Positions 9,347-17,444 are shown, counted from the stretch's first letter. The stretch is 32,000 bases of DNA from an uncultured Planctomycetia bacterium (GCA_964536865.1 CAZHYN010000005.1:1-32000), one strand, 5' to 3'. The notes: generated by a model not told the origin, from the letters alone. Numbers and translations are program-made.

Positions 9347-9952
9347 TTAAAACTTTACCCTCACCGGCTCTTCTGCCTCATCCTTAGCCTCAAAATAATC
9401 CTTTTCCCCAAATCCAAACATAGGAGCAATTATATTCCCAGGGAAAGTTTTTATTTTTGTATTGTAAATCCTTACTGCATAGTTATATCTTTGTCTGGCA
9501 ACAGCAATTCTATTTTCTGTTCCTTCTAACTGGTCTTGCAAAGCCAGAAAGTTTGTGCTTGCTTTCAGGTCTGGATAGTTTTCCACTAAAGCAAAAAGGC
9601 TCTTTAAGGTCTTTGTTAATTCTGATTGAGAAGCAGAAATTGCAGTCAGGTCTTCTTTAGATAATGATTTCTTAGATGAAATTTTTTCTAAAAGACCTTG
9701 AGCTTTTGCTCTCGCCTGAGTTACTTTTAGCAAAACCTCTCTTTCATGCTGAGCATAACCTTTTACTGTCTCAACTAAATTGGGAATTAAATCTAATCTT
9801 CTTTGTATAACTGTCTCAATCTGAGCTTTTGCCTCTTCCACTGCTTTCTCAGATTTAACTAAACTGTTGTAAGTTAGAATTAAACCTATCCCAAAAACCC
9901 CTAAAATAATAACTAACCCAATTATTAGAAATAAACCCACCTGAGCTTTCAT
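9347..9952 (-). CDS. lemA: LemA family protein
   Basis: N-terminal TM helix plus YNSLV...QRRLDLIPNLVETVKGYAQHEREV...NYPDLKAS...YN..V..YN, characteristic of LemA (COG1704). Strong RBS aaaggaggtg. Confidence 0.85.
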   Translation of the reverse strand: MKAQVGLFLIIGLVIILGVFGIGLILTYNSLVKSEKAVEEAKAQIETVIQRRLDLIPNLVETVKGYAQHEREVLLKVTQARAKAQGLLEKISSKKSLSKEDLTAISASQSELTKTLKSLFALVENYPDLKASTNFLALQDQLEGTENRIAVARQRYNYAVRIYNTKIKTFPGNIIAPMFGFGEKDYFEAKDEAEEPVRVKF

Positions 9953-10381
9953 TTTGCACCTCCTTTTTCTTTATAATGCCAGTTATTATTAGTATCAAAT
10001 ACATAAAGCTGGCTCATTTTCTTTAAATCTATTTTCCAGATTCCACCTTCTTTCTTTAATAAATAAGGAGGAACTTTTTTGGAAGGTGGTCTAAAATAAA
10101 TCACAGCCTCACAACAAGATTTTTTCTCTACATAGAAATCTAAAACCTTTTAAATCATTGTATTCTCTTCTCATTAAAGACTTTGAAGGATTAACTATCC
10201 TTTTTGATTCAGAAGTTATCAAATTAAAATATTCTCTAATATCTCCTTCCTTAAGTGCTTGCCTGTAATTTTTAAAAGTTTCGTAAGGCCTAGATTGAGG
10301 AAAAACTTGAAAAGTTAAAAACAGACTAAAAAATAGAAAGATTGCAAAGACCTTTACTCTCAAATATTTATTCCTTTTCAT
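9949..10381 (-). pseudogene. small secreted protein, apparently interrupted by a +1 frameshift
   Basis: ORF 10109..10381 (signal peptide + soluble start) stops at 10109. A start-less open frame of 66 codons continues from 10149 to 9949 and ends in an ATGA overlap with the lemA start. Confidence 0.45.
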
Positions 10382-10384
10382 CTT

Positions 10385-11452
10385 TTACACCTTTTCCACT
10401 TCAAAATACTCTTTTGGCTCAAATTTAAAAACTTTTACTATTAAATTCATAGGAAAATATCTTAAAGAGGAATTATAAACTCTCACTTGATTATTATAAA
10501 TCTCTCTTTTTCTTGGAATTGTATCTTCTATATCTTCTAACTGCTTCTGAATAGTTAAAAAATTAGCACTTGCTTTCAAATCAGGATATTTTTCTGCCAA
10601 AGCAAATAATCTTACCAAACCTGTGTTTAATTCTTTTTGAGATTCCAAAAATTTTTTTAATTTTTCTTTATCAAAAGCCAAAAAACCTTCTCCTGCAATC
10701 TCCTGAGCTTTACTCCTTGCCTGAGCAACTTGAAGTTGAGTTTCTTTCTCATGAGCAGCATAATTTTTTACTGCTTCTAAAAGAACAGGGACTAAATCTA
10801 ACTTTTTCTGATATTGAGCTTGAATATCTGCAAATGACTTATTTGCCTTTTCTTCTCTTCTTACTAAGAGATTATAAAATAAAAGTACCCCCAACCCTAT
10901 AAAACTTAAAATTATTATTAACAAAATAAATAAAAATAAAATTGCTCTCATTTTCTCACCTCCCTTTGTATTTATCCTCAACTTTTCTGCTTTATCAAAA
11001 ACTGCACGTGCCTTCTCTTTAAAAATATCATTTTTTGTCTCTTTATAAATAAGCTCATAGATTACTCCTAAAAGAGAATATCCTAAAGAAGTTGGAGACT
11101 TCTCTATTCCTTTCCTGCAAAATTTAGCTGCTTTTAAGTAATCTCCTTCTTTAAGAAAACAATTTGTCTTTTGAAAATATTCCAAAGCCTCTAAGGATAA
11201 ACTATACTTAGAAGATTGAAGTTTTCCCAAGTAAAAAGGGAAAGATGTTGCTAAAAAGAAAAATAAAAACCACGCTCCTAAAATTTTTAATAAAGTCTTT
11301 TCTCTTTTTCTCTTATGATTTAATACCTCCTTAAAGATTCTCTCTTTTTTTCCTTCTGACTCATCTAAAGCTTTAAGAAGAAGCTTTGCTTCCTCAGAAT
11401 TTATCTTTCCTTCAAGCATCATCTTTTTTATTTTTTCTCTATCTTCTCTCAT
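10385..11452 (-). CDS. SHOCT-like motif / TM / TPR module fused in frame to a LemA domain
   Basis: N-terminus MLEGKINSEEAKLLLKAL (LiaX/YvlB-type SHOCT-like motif), a TM helix and a TPR-like segment. From M168 onward it is a complete LemA unit (TM + YAAHEKET...KYPDLKAS). An internal GGGAGGTG RBS precedes M168 (ATG 10949-10951). Confidence 0.7.
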   Translation of the reverse strand: MREDREKIKKMMLEGKINSEEAKLLLKALDESEGKKERIFKEVLNHKRKREKTLLKILGAWFLFFFLATSFPFYLGKLQSSKYSLSLEALEYFQKTNCFLKEGDYLKAAKFCRKGIEKSPTSLGYSLLGVIYELIYKETKNDIFKEKARAVFDKAEKLRINTKGGEKMRAILFLFILLIIILSFIGLGVLLFYNLLVRREEKANKSFADIQAQYQKKLDLVPVLLEAVKNYAAHEKETQLQVAQARSKAQEIAGEGFLAFDKEKLKKFLESQKELNTGLVRLFALAEKYPDLKASANFLTIQKQLEDIEDTIPRKREIYNNQVRVYNSSLRYFPMNLIVKVFKFEPKEYFEVEKV

Positions 11453-11802
11453 AAACTTTTAATAATATTTGCTGCCTCTTTTGCAGAAATTTCTTTTTTT
11501 TCTACTTTTTCTAAGATTTCCTTTTTATATTTTTCTCTTTCCTCTATTTCCTCTTTTAAGGCAGAAATTATCTCATCCAGCCTTGCCCTTACTGTAGGAT
11601 AACTTACTCCTAATCTTCTTGCCATCTCTTTCAGACTCCCGCTACTTAAGACAAACATCTCAATAAATTCCTGATAAGAAGAGGGTAGGTTAAGAATGGG
11701 TGAGCTAATAAAACTTCCTTCCAAAGAAACTCCGCAACTTCTACACTTTAGCTTTCTAACTTTTAGCTTCCCTCCACATATAGGACACTTATCCAATCTC
11801 AT
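11449..11802 (-). CDS. DUF2089-family zinc-ribbon/HTH regulator
   Basis: CPICGGKL...CRSCG zinc ribbon, then SLKEMARRLGVSYPTVRARLDEII helix-turn-helix and a C-terminal SHOCT-like tail (EISAKEAANIIKSL). GGAGG RBS. Confidence 0.75.
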   Translation of the reverse strand: MRLDKCPICGGKLKVRKLKCRSCGVSLEGSFISSPILNLPSSYQEFIEMFVLSSGSLKEMARRLGVSYPTVRARLDEIISALKEEIEEREKYKKEILEKVEKKEISAKEAANIIKSL

Positions 11803-11940
11803 CTTGCCTCCAAGGAAGGTATATCATAAAAATTAAAAAAATTCAAGACCAAACTTTAATTTTTTTAAACTTTTTCTCTCTAAAACTTTAACATTTTTAA
11901 CTTTACAAATAAAACCCTTTAACTATTAGGAATGCTAACG

Positions 11941-11980
11941 CTAACTTGACATTTTATCTCAGAGGCGAGTGTCAAGTTAG
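11941..11980. promoter_or_regulatory. perfect 11-bp inverted repeat (candidate operator or RNA hairpin) upstream of the DUF2089 operon
   Basis: ctaacttgaca-N18-tgtcaagttag lies in the 253-bp intergenic region between htpX and the DUF2089 gene. Confidence 0.25.
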
Positions 11981-12055
11981 GAAACGAAATGGTTAAAAAT
12001 GAAAAAGATAAAAATAGGTTTGACCGATTTATTTCAACCTGCAGGTTAGATGGAT

Positions 12056-13024
12056 TCAATGATAAGAAGAAAGATGTTTTATTCTTTTCAACATATTAGG
12101 ATGGGTGCTTAATATCTCCATCATTTTATCGGCAAAGGAAAGTTTTACCTTCTTTTTTCTTAAAATGTCTAATTCTTCTGGGTCAATCGTCCCGCTTCTG
12201 TCAATATCTAACTGAGATAACTCATATATTTCCTGATGGGCTTTGGAAAGGTCATTTAAGAAAAATGCTTTAAGCCCCTCAATCTCTTTAAGAGATTCTT
12301 TAGGAATTCTTGCTGAGCCATAAACTAATTTATATAAGGCAGTAGCTAATTTATAAGGGGGATTGCCCAGCATTACCGAACCCCTATCAGCAAAATACTC
12401 ACGAATCCGGGAAGCATAAAGAATTAGGAGGTTGGTGATAAAATAAACAATAAAAGCTACCAGTCCAATTAAAATTGTGTAAGCTCCCCCTTCACGTCTT
12501 CTCCCATAACTTCCAAAGAAAAGGAAACGCAAAGCTATCCAGTATAAAATAAGGGGTAAAGCAGAAAGTAAAGTGATAAATAAAACATCTCTATTTTTAA
12601 GATGGGTTATCTCATGTCCTAAAACTGCTTTCAGCTCATCCTTATCAAGCAAATTTAAAATTCCTCTTGTTACACATACTCTTCCATCAGCCAGTGTCCG
12701 CCCAAAAGCAAAAGCATTAGGAATTCCAATCTCTGCGATACCTACTCTAGGCTGAGGAATTTTTGCTTTTCTTGCCAAATCTTCTACCATCTCATAAAGC
12801 CAAGGCAAATCTTTCTTTCTTATATAACGCACACGCATACTCATTTCTACAATTTTTGGGCCAATCATATACTGGAATCCAAGAATCAATAAAGCAAGAA
12901 TAAAATAAAAATAAAGGTTTCCAATGCCTATTGCTTGCATAAAAATAGTAATTATCCCATAAACAATTCCAAAAAATAAAGCTAAAAGTACCATCATCCT
13001 TAAATACAAAGAAAAACTCCTCAT
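12056..13024 (-). CDS. htpX: M48 zinc metalloprotease HtpX homolog
   Basis: HEITHL zinc motif flanked by four TM helices, FADRG and a C-terminal STHPNMLKRI, typical of HtpX. Also carries an EF-hand-like loop (see findings). Confidence 0.85.
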   Translation of the reverse strand: MRSFSLYLRMMVLLALFFGIVYGIITIFMQAIGIGNLYFYFILALLILGFQYMIGPKIVEMSMRVRYIRKKDLPWLYEMVEDLARKAKIPQPRVGIAEIGIPNAFAFGRTLADGRVCVTRGILNLLDKDELKAVLGHEITHLKNRDVLFITLLSALPLILYWIALRFLFFGSYGRRREGGAYTILIGLVAFIVYFITNLLILYASRIREYFADRGSVMLGNPPYKLATALYKLVYGSARIPKESLKEIEGLKAFFLNDLSKAHQEIYELSQLDIDRSGTIDPEELDILRKKKVKLSFADKMMEILSTHPNMLKRIKHLSSYH

Positions 13025-13242
13025 ATCTCCTCCTCGTAATCAATCTCTTTCTCAAACTCTTTAATCACATTTTTTACCTCCCACTCTGTCTTCTTAATCT
13101 TATCTTTACATAACTTTATAAGCTCTATTGCTCTTTTTACCCTTAAAGATACCTCATCCACATCAACCCTTTCTGTCTCTAAATCCTCAAGAATTTGATT
13201 TAACTCTTTTATCGCCTCACTATATTTAATCTCCTTCTTCAT
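13021..13242 (-). CDS. xseB: exodeoxyribonuclease VII small subunit
   Basis: 73-aa helical protein (YSEAIKELNQILEDLE...VDEVSLRVKRAIELIKLCKDKI) that overlaps the xseA stop, the classic xseA-xseB arrangement. Confidence 0.8.
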   Translation of the reverse strand: MKKEIKYSEAIKELNQILEDLETERVDVDEVSLRVKRAIELIKLCKDKIKKTEWEVKNVIKEFEKEIDYEEEI

Positions 13243-14569
13243 TTATTCTTTTTACCTCCGCCTCAATTTCTCCTTTAAAAAAAACTGTCCTAACTCTATC
13301 CTTTTCTTTTAATAAAGAAGCATCTTTAATTGCCTTTTTGTCTTTAAAAGTTATAGAATATCCTCTTTTTAATATGTTTTTGGGGTCAAGCAAATTTAGC
13401 TTTATTTGCAGAGAATCTACTAAATTATAAACTTTCTTAAAAAAATTGTCCAGATGAATATTTAAAAGTCTCTTGATTTGCCTTACTTCATTCTTTGTAG
13501 AGGCTAATATATAACGTGTGCTACTTAAACATCTTTCTTCCATCTCAGTTAGTTGTGTATGGTGGGCTAAAAAATAATGAGAGACTAAAGAATCAAATCT
13601 TACTGCTTTTGATTTTAAATCCTTATTTTCTCTTTCTAAATAAAATTTAGCTTTATCCATAATTTGTTCGCCTAAATACTCTACCTCATTTTTAAAATTC
13701 TCTATTTTCTCAACAAGAAATTGAGCTACTTTAGTGGGAGTCTTTAAAGATATGTAAGCAACTAAATCGCAAACAGTAGTGTTAATCTGGTGTCCTAAAG
13801 CAGAAAACACAGGAATACGGGAGGTGGCAATTGCCTCAGCAATTTTCTCATTATCAAACCAACTCAAATCTGCGGTTGAGCCTCCACCTCGGGTAATAAC
13901 AATTATATCTATGAAATCTCGGAATCTATTAAAAAATTCTAAAGCACCGACTACATCCCTCTCTACAAACTTACCCTGCATATAGGAATCATAAATAAAG
14001 ATTTTAAACCCATAACCACTCCCCTTTAGCTCATTTATGAAATCATGATAGGCAGCTGAATCAAAGGAAGTAATAAGACCAATGCGCAGAGGGAGAAGGG
14101 GCAAGGCTAAACTCTTGTTCTTATCAAGGAGATTCCTCCTCCTTAAATCTTCTATAATCCTTTGGCGATTGGCAGCAACCTTGCCCAAGGTATAAAAAGG
14201 GTCAACATCAACTATTATCAATCGATACTCGCCCCATTTAGGGTAAAAATCTACTTTACATAAAAGCTTAACCTCGATATCATCTTTCAACTGGAATACT
14301 GATTCGGTCTCTTTAATACGCTTAAATATTTTTGGCTTTGTATCTTCAAAGATAATGGCTTTGACTTGAGCAATTATCTGATCTGCTTCAGGATGTTTCT
14401 GAACCAGGTTAAAATAGATATGTCTTTTGCTTGGGGAGGCTTTATAATCCTGAATTTCTCCACAGACCCAGATATAATCAGGAAACTCCTGCCGGATTAG
14501 GCTCCTTACAATGTTGTTAAGCTCAAAAATAGTATATATCCTTTCTGTCTTTAAAAAACTCTCTCTCAT
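13226..14569 (-). CDS. xseA: exodeoxyribonuclease VII large subunit
   Basis: N-terminal OB-fold (IWVCGEIQDYK...HIYFNL) plus the catalytic core (ITRGGGSTADLSWFDNE) and a C-terminal coiled coil. Confidence 0.85.
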   Translation of the reverse strand: MRESFLKTERIYTIFELNNIVRSLIRQEFPDYIWVCGEIQDYKASPSKRHIYFNLVQKHPEADQIIAQVKAIIFEDTKPKIFKRIKETESVFQLKDDIEVKLLCKVDFYPKWGEYRLIIVDVDPFYTLGKVAANRQRIIEDLRRRNLLDKNKSLALPLLPLRIGLITSFDSAAYHDFINELKGSGYGFKIFIYDSYMQGKFVERDVVGALEFFNRFRDFIDIIVITRGGGSTADLSWFDNEKIAEAIATSRIPVFSALGHQINTTVCDLVAYISLKTPTKVAQFLVEKIENFKNEVEYLGEQIMDKAKFYLERENKDLKSKAVRFDSLVSHYFLAHHTQLTEMEERCLSSTRYILASTKNEVRQIKRLLNIHLDNFFKKVYNLVDSLQIKLNLLDPKNILKRGYSITFKDKKAIKDASLLKEKDRVRTVFFKGEIEAEVKRINEEGD

Positions 14570-14731
14570 TTTACTAAAATTATAACATTCTGATTTTAAT
14601 CTTCAACAAATAAATTCCTTGATTCCTTCAAAAATAAGCAAAACTCAACCTATACGAGATATTCCAACCTACGAGGTTAGTTTGCGAGGTTAGTTGAATA
14701 AGGTAGGAAAAATTGAAGGAAAATAAACAAA

Positions 14732-14849
14732 GCCGGGCGCTGACCTACTCTCCCACCCCCTTGCGAGGACAGTACCATCGGCCCTGGAGGGCTTAACGGC
14801 CGTATTCGGAATGGGAACGGGTGTGGCCCCTCCGGTATGAGCACCCGGC
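14732..14849 (-). rRNA. rrf: 5S rRNA
   Basis: The reverse complement reads gccgggtgctcataccggagggg...cccgttcccattccgaa...gttaagccctcc...gatggtact...gggagagtaggtc...cccggc, canonical 5S. Confidence 0.9.
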
Positions 14850-15033
14850 AGAAAATAATTACAGATTACAAATTACAGATTTATTTTTAATTTGTAATTT
14901 GAAATTGGATAATCTGTAATTTATAGTTTAAGGTTGGGTATCAAGCCGATTGGCCATTAGGAGTGTTCGGCTAAACACGTTACCGTGCTTACACCTGCAC
15001 CCTATCAAGGTCGTAGTCTCCGACCGGCCTTCA

Positions 15034-15322
15034 CCCCGCCCTTTTTATTTTCCCAAAAGAGTAAGAGTATTCTTAATCCTTTTCTTAAGATGTCCTAACG
15101 AAGAACCATACAACTTTAGCTTTTTCTCTCTACTAAAAGCATCTTTTTTAGAAAGATATGCTTCATAATATACCATCACATAATCTTTTTTAGTTTTTTT
15201 ATGTTGCTGAATCCTATCTTTTAAAGAGGAAGTAACTCCTATATAGAAGTGCCTTCTCTTAGGATTAAAAAGGAGATATACATAATACATCTTACCTCCT
15301 TTGGGTATTGAAAAGGGCGGGG
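15034..15322 (-). repeat. hairpin-bounded insertion (IVS) in the 3'-terminal domain of 23S (H98-equivalent tip), carrying a GIY-YIG ORF
   Basis: ccccgcccttttt (15034-15046) pairs with aaaagggcgggg (15311-15322). The flanking sequence aligns with the E. coli region around 2790-2800. The interior is AT-rich and almost entirely ORF. Confidence 0.75.
15045..15290 (-). CDS. small GIY-YIG (URI-domain only, YhbQ/COG2827-like) nuclease-family protein
   Basis: MYYVYLL...RHFYIGVTSSLKDRIQQHKK...YYEAY..K.DAFSREKKLK contains the GIY and YIG motifs and the conserved R/E/K pattern. RBS aaaggaggtaagATG. Same strand as the rRNA. Confidence 0.7.
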   Translation of the reverse strand: MYYVYLLFNPKRRHFYIGVTSSLKDRIQQHKKTKKDYVMVYYEAYLSKKDAFSREKKLKLYGSSLGHLKKRIKNTLTLLGK

Positions 15323-15566
15323 AGGGATCCCTAGTTTTGGGGTGAGCTTCCCGCTTAGATGCCTTCAGCGGTTATCTCCTAGGAACACGGCTACCCAGCC
15401 TTTACCGCTGGCGCAATAGCTGGTACACCGGAGGTTCCTCTGTCCCGGTCCTCTCGTACTAGGGACAGCTCCCCTTCAAGGATCCTTGCACCCACAGTGG
15501 ATAGAGACCGACAATCTGTTACTTTCTCCTACCTCAAAAGTTTTATAATTTAAGGTAGGATACTGA

Positions 15567-15671
15567 CCCAGCCTTTTTTAATTTCTATTTATCTTAAGTA
15601 AAAGATTAATCTTCTTTGCAAAATATTGAAAATAACCGCTGTTTTTTCATAGGTTGAATAAAAAGGCTGGG
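15567..15671 (-). repeat. GC-clamp hairpin insertion nested in the 3' part of the intron at 15512..16423
   Basis: cccagcctttttt (15567-15579) pairs with aaaaaggctggg (15660-15671), with an AT-rich interior. Confidence 0.65.
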
Positions 15672-15734
15672 CGGCCTGACATTTCTGTCAGACTCTCACC
15701 GTCCCCGGTGAGTTCGGACTGTATCTTCCCCACG

Positions 15735-16262
15735 CTACGTTGGGGTCTGGCGTACAGTCTCTGAGGGTTCTAGAAGGAGAAATAACTCCTTAAGTGGTAG
15801 TTTTCTATATCTACCACTGCTATTCATGGAGTGGGCGATTCTTAAAATTTTCTTTAAACCTTCAAGGGTGAGATGAAGTTTCTTCCCCATCATTCTTACC
15901 ACTTCTTTAAACTTCTCAAAATCATCTCTTTTAGAAAAAAGAGAGTATTTTTCAAAAAAAGGAATCACACGTTGTTCTAAATTCTTTAAATCTCGCACCA
16001 CTAACACCCAAGTAAGATCATAGGGATTTCTGGAATGATTAGGTTTAATATACCCACAACCAAGATGTCTCTGGATTAACTCCAACACTTCCTTACGGTT
16101 ACGGTGCTGACACACATGAAACTCAGGAATAACCTGAATTCCTAATCTCACATTCTTACTTCTCTGGATAGAAATGGAGAAACTTCCCTCGCCATCTACA
16201 AAACCGGCGATATAATCGCCCCACTCTCCTTCTAGCCTTCCCTGCTGGTTATCTGCACCCAT
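15735..16262 (-). CDS. single-motif LAGLIDADG homing endonuclease
   Basis: YIAGFVDGEGSFSISI LAGLIDADG motif near the N-terminus, about 175 aa (I-CreI/I-CeuI size class). RBS aggag. Located inside the intron on the rRNA sense strand. Confidence 0.8.
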   Translation of the reverse strand: MGADNQQGRLEGEWGDYIAGFVDGEGSFSISIQRSKNVRLGIQVIPEFHVCQHRNRKEVLELIQRHLGCGYIKPNHSRNPYDLTWVLVVRDLKNLEQRVIPFFEKYSLFSKRDDFEKFKEVVRMMGKKLHLTLEGLKKILRIAHSMNSSGRYRKLPLKELFLLLEPSETVRQTPT

Positions 16263-16566
16263 ATATTTTTACTCCTGACTACTCACCACCCTATTATTTC
16301 AAAGTGGTCCCTTAAAAAAGGGAATCTCTATAGAATAGCATATAGAGACTGAATAATCAAGTAGTAATATGGGATACTCAGACTTCCCAGCATATAGCCA
16401 GATTTATAGACAGCACGGTTCGTACTGTCTCACGACGTTCTGAACCCAGCTCACGTACCCCTTTAACCGGCGAACAGCCGGACCCTTGGGAGCTTCTCCA
16501 CCCCCAGGATGGGATGAGCCGACATCGAGGTGCCAAACCGGGCCGTCGATGTGAACTCTCGGGCCC

Positions 16567-16613
<47 letters not shown>

Positions 16614-17070
16614 GCTCCCACGCGCAACCACCGGATCACTAGGCCCCGCTTTCGCGTCTGCTCGGCCTGTCGGCCTCACAGTCAGGCACCCTTATGCCCT
16701 TACACTCAACGTCCGGTTTCCAATCGGACTGAGGGTACCTTTGGGCTCCTCCGTTACCTTTTAGGAGGAAACCGCCCCAGTTAAACTGCCCAACTGGCAC
16801 TGTCCCCCGACGTAACGTCAGAGTTAGAACCTTAGTACGGTAAGGGTGGTATTTCACTGACGGCTCCCCCCGAACTGGCGTCCGGGGTTCACAGCCTCCC
16901 ACCTATACTACACATACCGGACCAAAATTCAATACCAGCCTGCAGTAAAGGTTCCGGGGTCTTTTCGTCCAACTGCGGGTAGGCGGCATCTTCACCGCCA
17001 CTACAATTTCGCCGGCTGCCTCCCCGAGACAGCGCTCCCGTTGTTAAACCTTTCGTGCGGGTCGGAACTT

Positions 17071-17444
17071 CACCTTAATCTTGGTGTTTCCACCAAGGGT
17101 GGACTATACCTTCACCCCACCCTTTCTATCCACGCAAATTAATTGAAACTGAGTAATTTTTAAGATACTTAACCAAACGAAAATATCCTCTTCCTCTTAA
17201 ATTAGGTGTTTAGAAAGAGTGGGGGCCGGCGTATTAGCCATCCTTTAATTTGAGTTCTTAGAACTCATAAGATGGCTCCCTTCCCTTAAAAGAGAAGGAG
17301 TCTCTACGGGGTCATCAAGGAAAAAATTCCCTTTAGACTTCCCTCGGGATTACCCAGTATTCTCAAAAGAATCCTTAGGGCTTTCCCGATATGAGCCGGT
17401 GTTTCATCCCAATTTGCATTGGGAAGGGGCAAGTTTAAAAACTT
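17071..17444 (-). mobile_element. ORF-less group I intron in 23S after U1951-equivalent (GUCGGGU|AAGUUCC)
   Basis: Exon ...tagtcgggt | aagtttttaaacttgccc (P1 helix with U-G at the splice site) ... gaaggtatagtcc ... gattaaggtg | aagttccgacccgcacgaa. The intron ends in G and has no ORF. Confidence 0.7.
17115..17245 (-). repeat. GC-clamp hairpin insertion nested in the intron at 17071..17444 (immediately 5' of the aaggtatagtcc element)
   Basis: ccccaccctttcta (17115-17128) pairs with tagaaagagtggggg (17231-17245). The single non-Watson-Crick position is a G-U wobble only in the rRNA-sense transcript. Confidence 0.65.

Larger units (their letters stand above)
15512..16423 (-). mobile_element. 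group I intron in 23S after GAGACAGU (about E. coli U2604), with LAGLIDADG ORF
   Basis: Exon 1 ends ...gagacagt and exon 2 resumes tcggtctctatcc. The guide sequence gctgtct pairs with agacagt, giving U-G at the 5' splice site. The intron ends in G. The conserved gaagatacagtcc (J8/7-P7-like) element is present. Confidence 0.75.

Noticed and set aside
12792-13055. Alternative-frame ORF (87 aa) overlapping the htpX 5' region.
   Set aside because: It is in a different frame of the same strand within the well-supported htpX CDS and has no motif or RBS support.
14857-14925. Short tandem-looking attacagat/tgtaat repeats that could be mistaken for a CRISPR-like or satellite array.
   Set aside because: The units are 8-10 nt without spacers. 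They are mirrored by complementary copies on the other side of 23S (20370-20436), which fits an rRNA processing stem. No cas genes are present.
15034-15322. The GIY-YIG-bearing insertion as a fourth group I intron.
   Set aside because: Only about 40 nt are non-coding. There is no P1 guide, no AAGAUAUAGUCC-like core and no terminal-G/U-G splice-site context, and the flanks simply pair as a hairpin.
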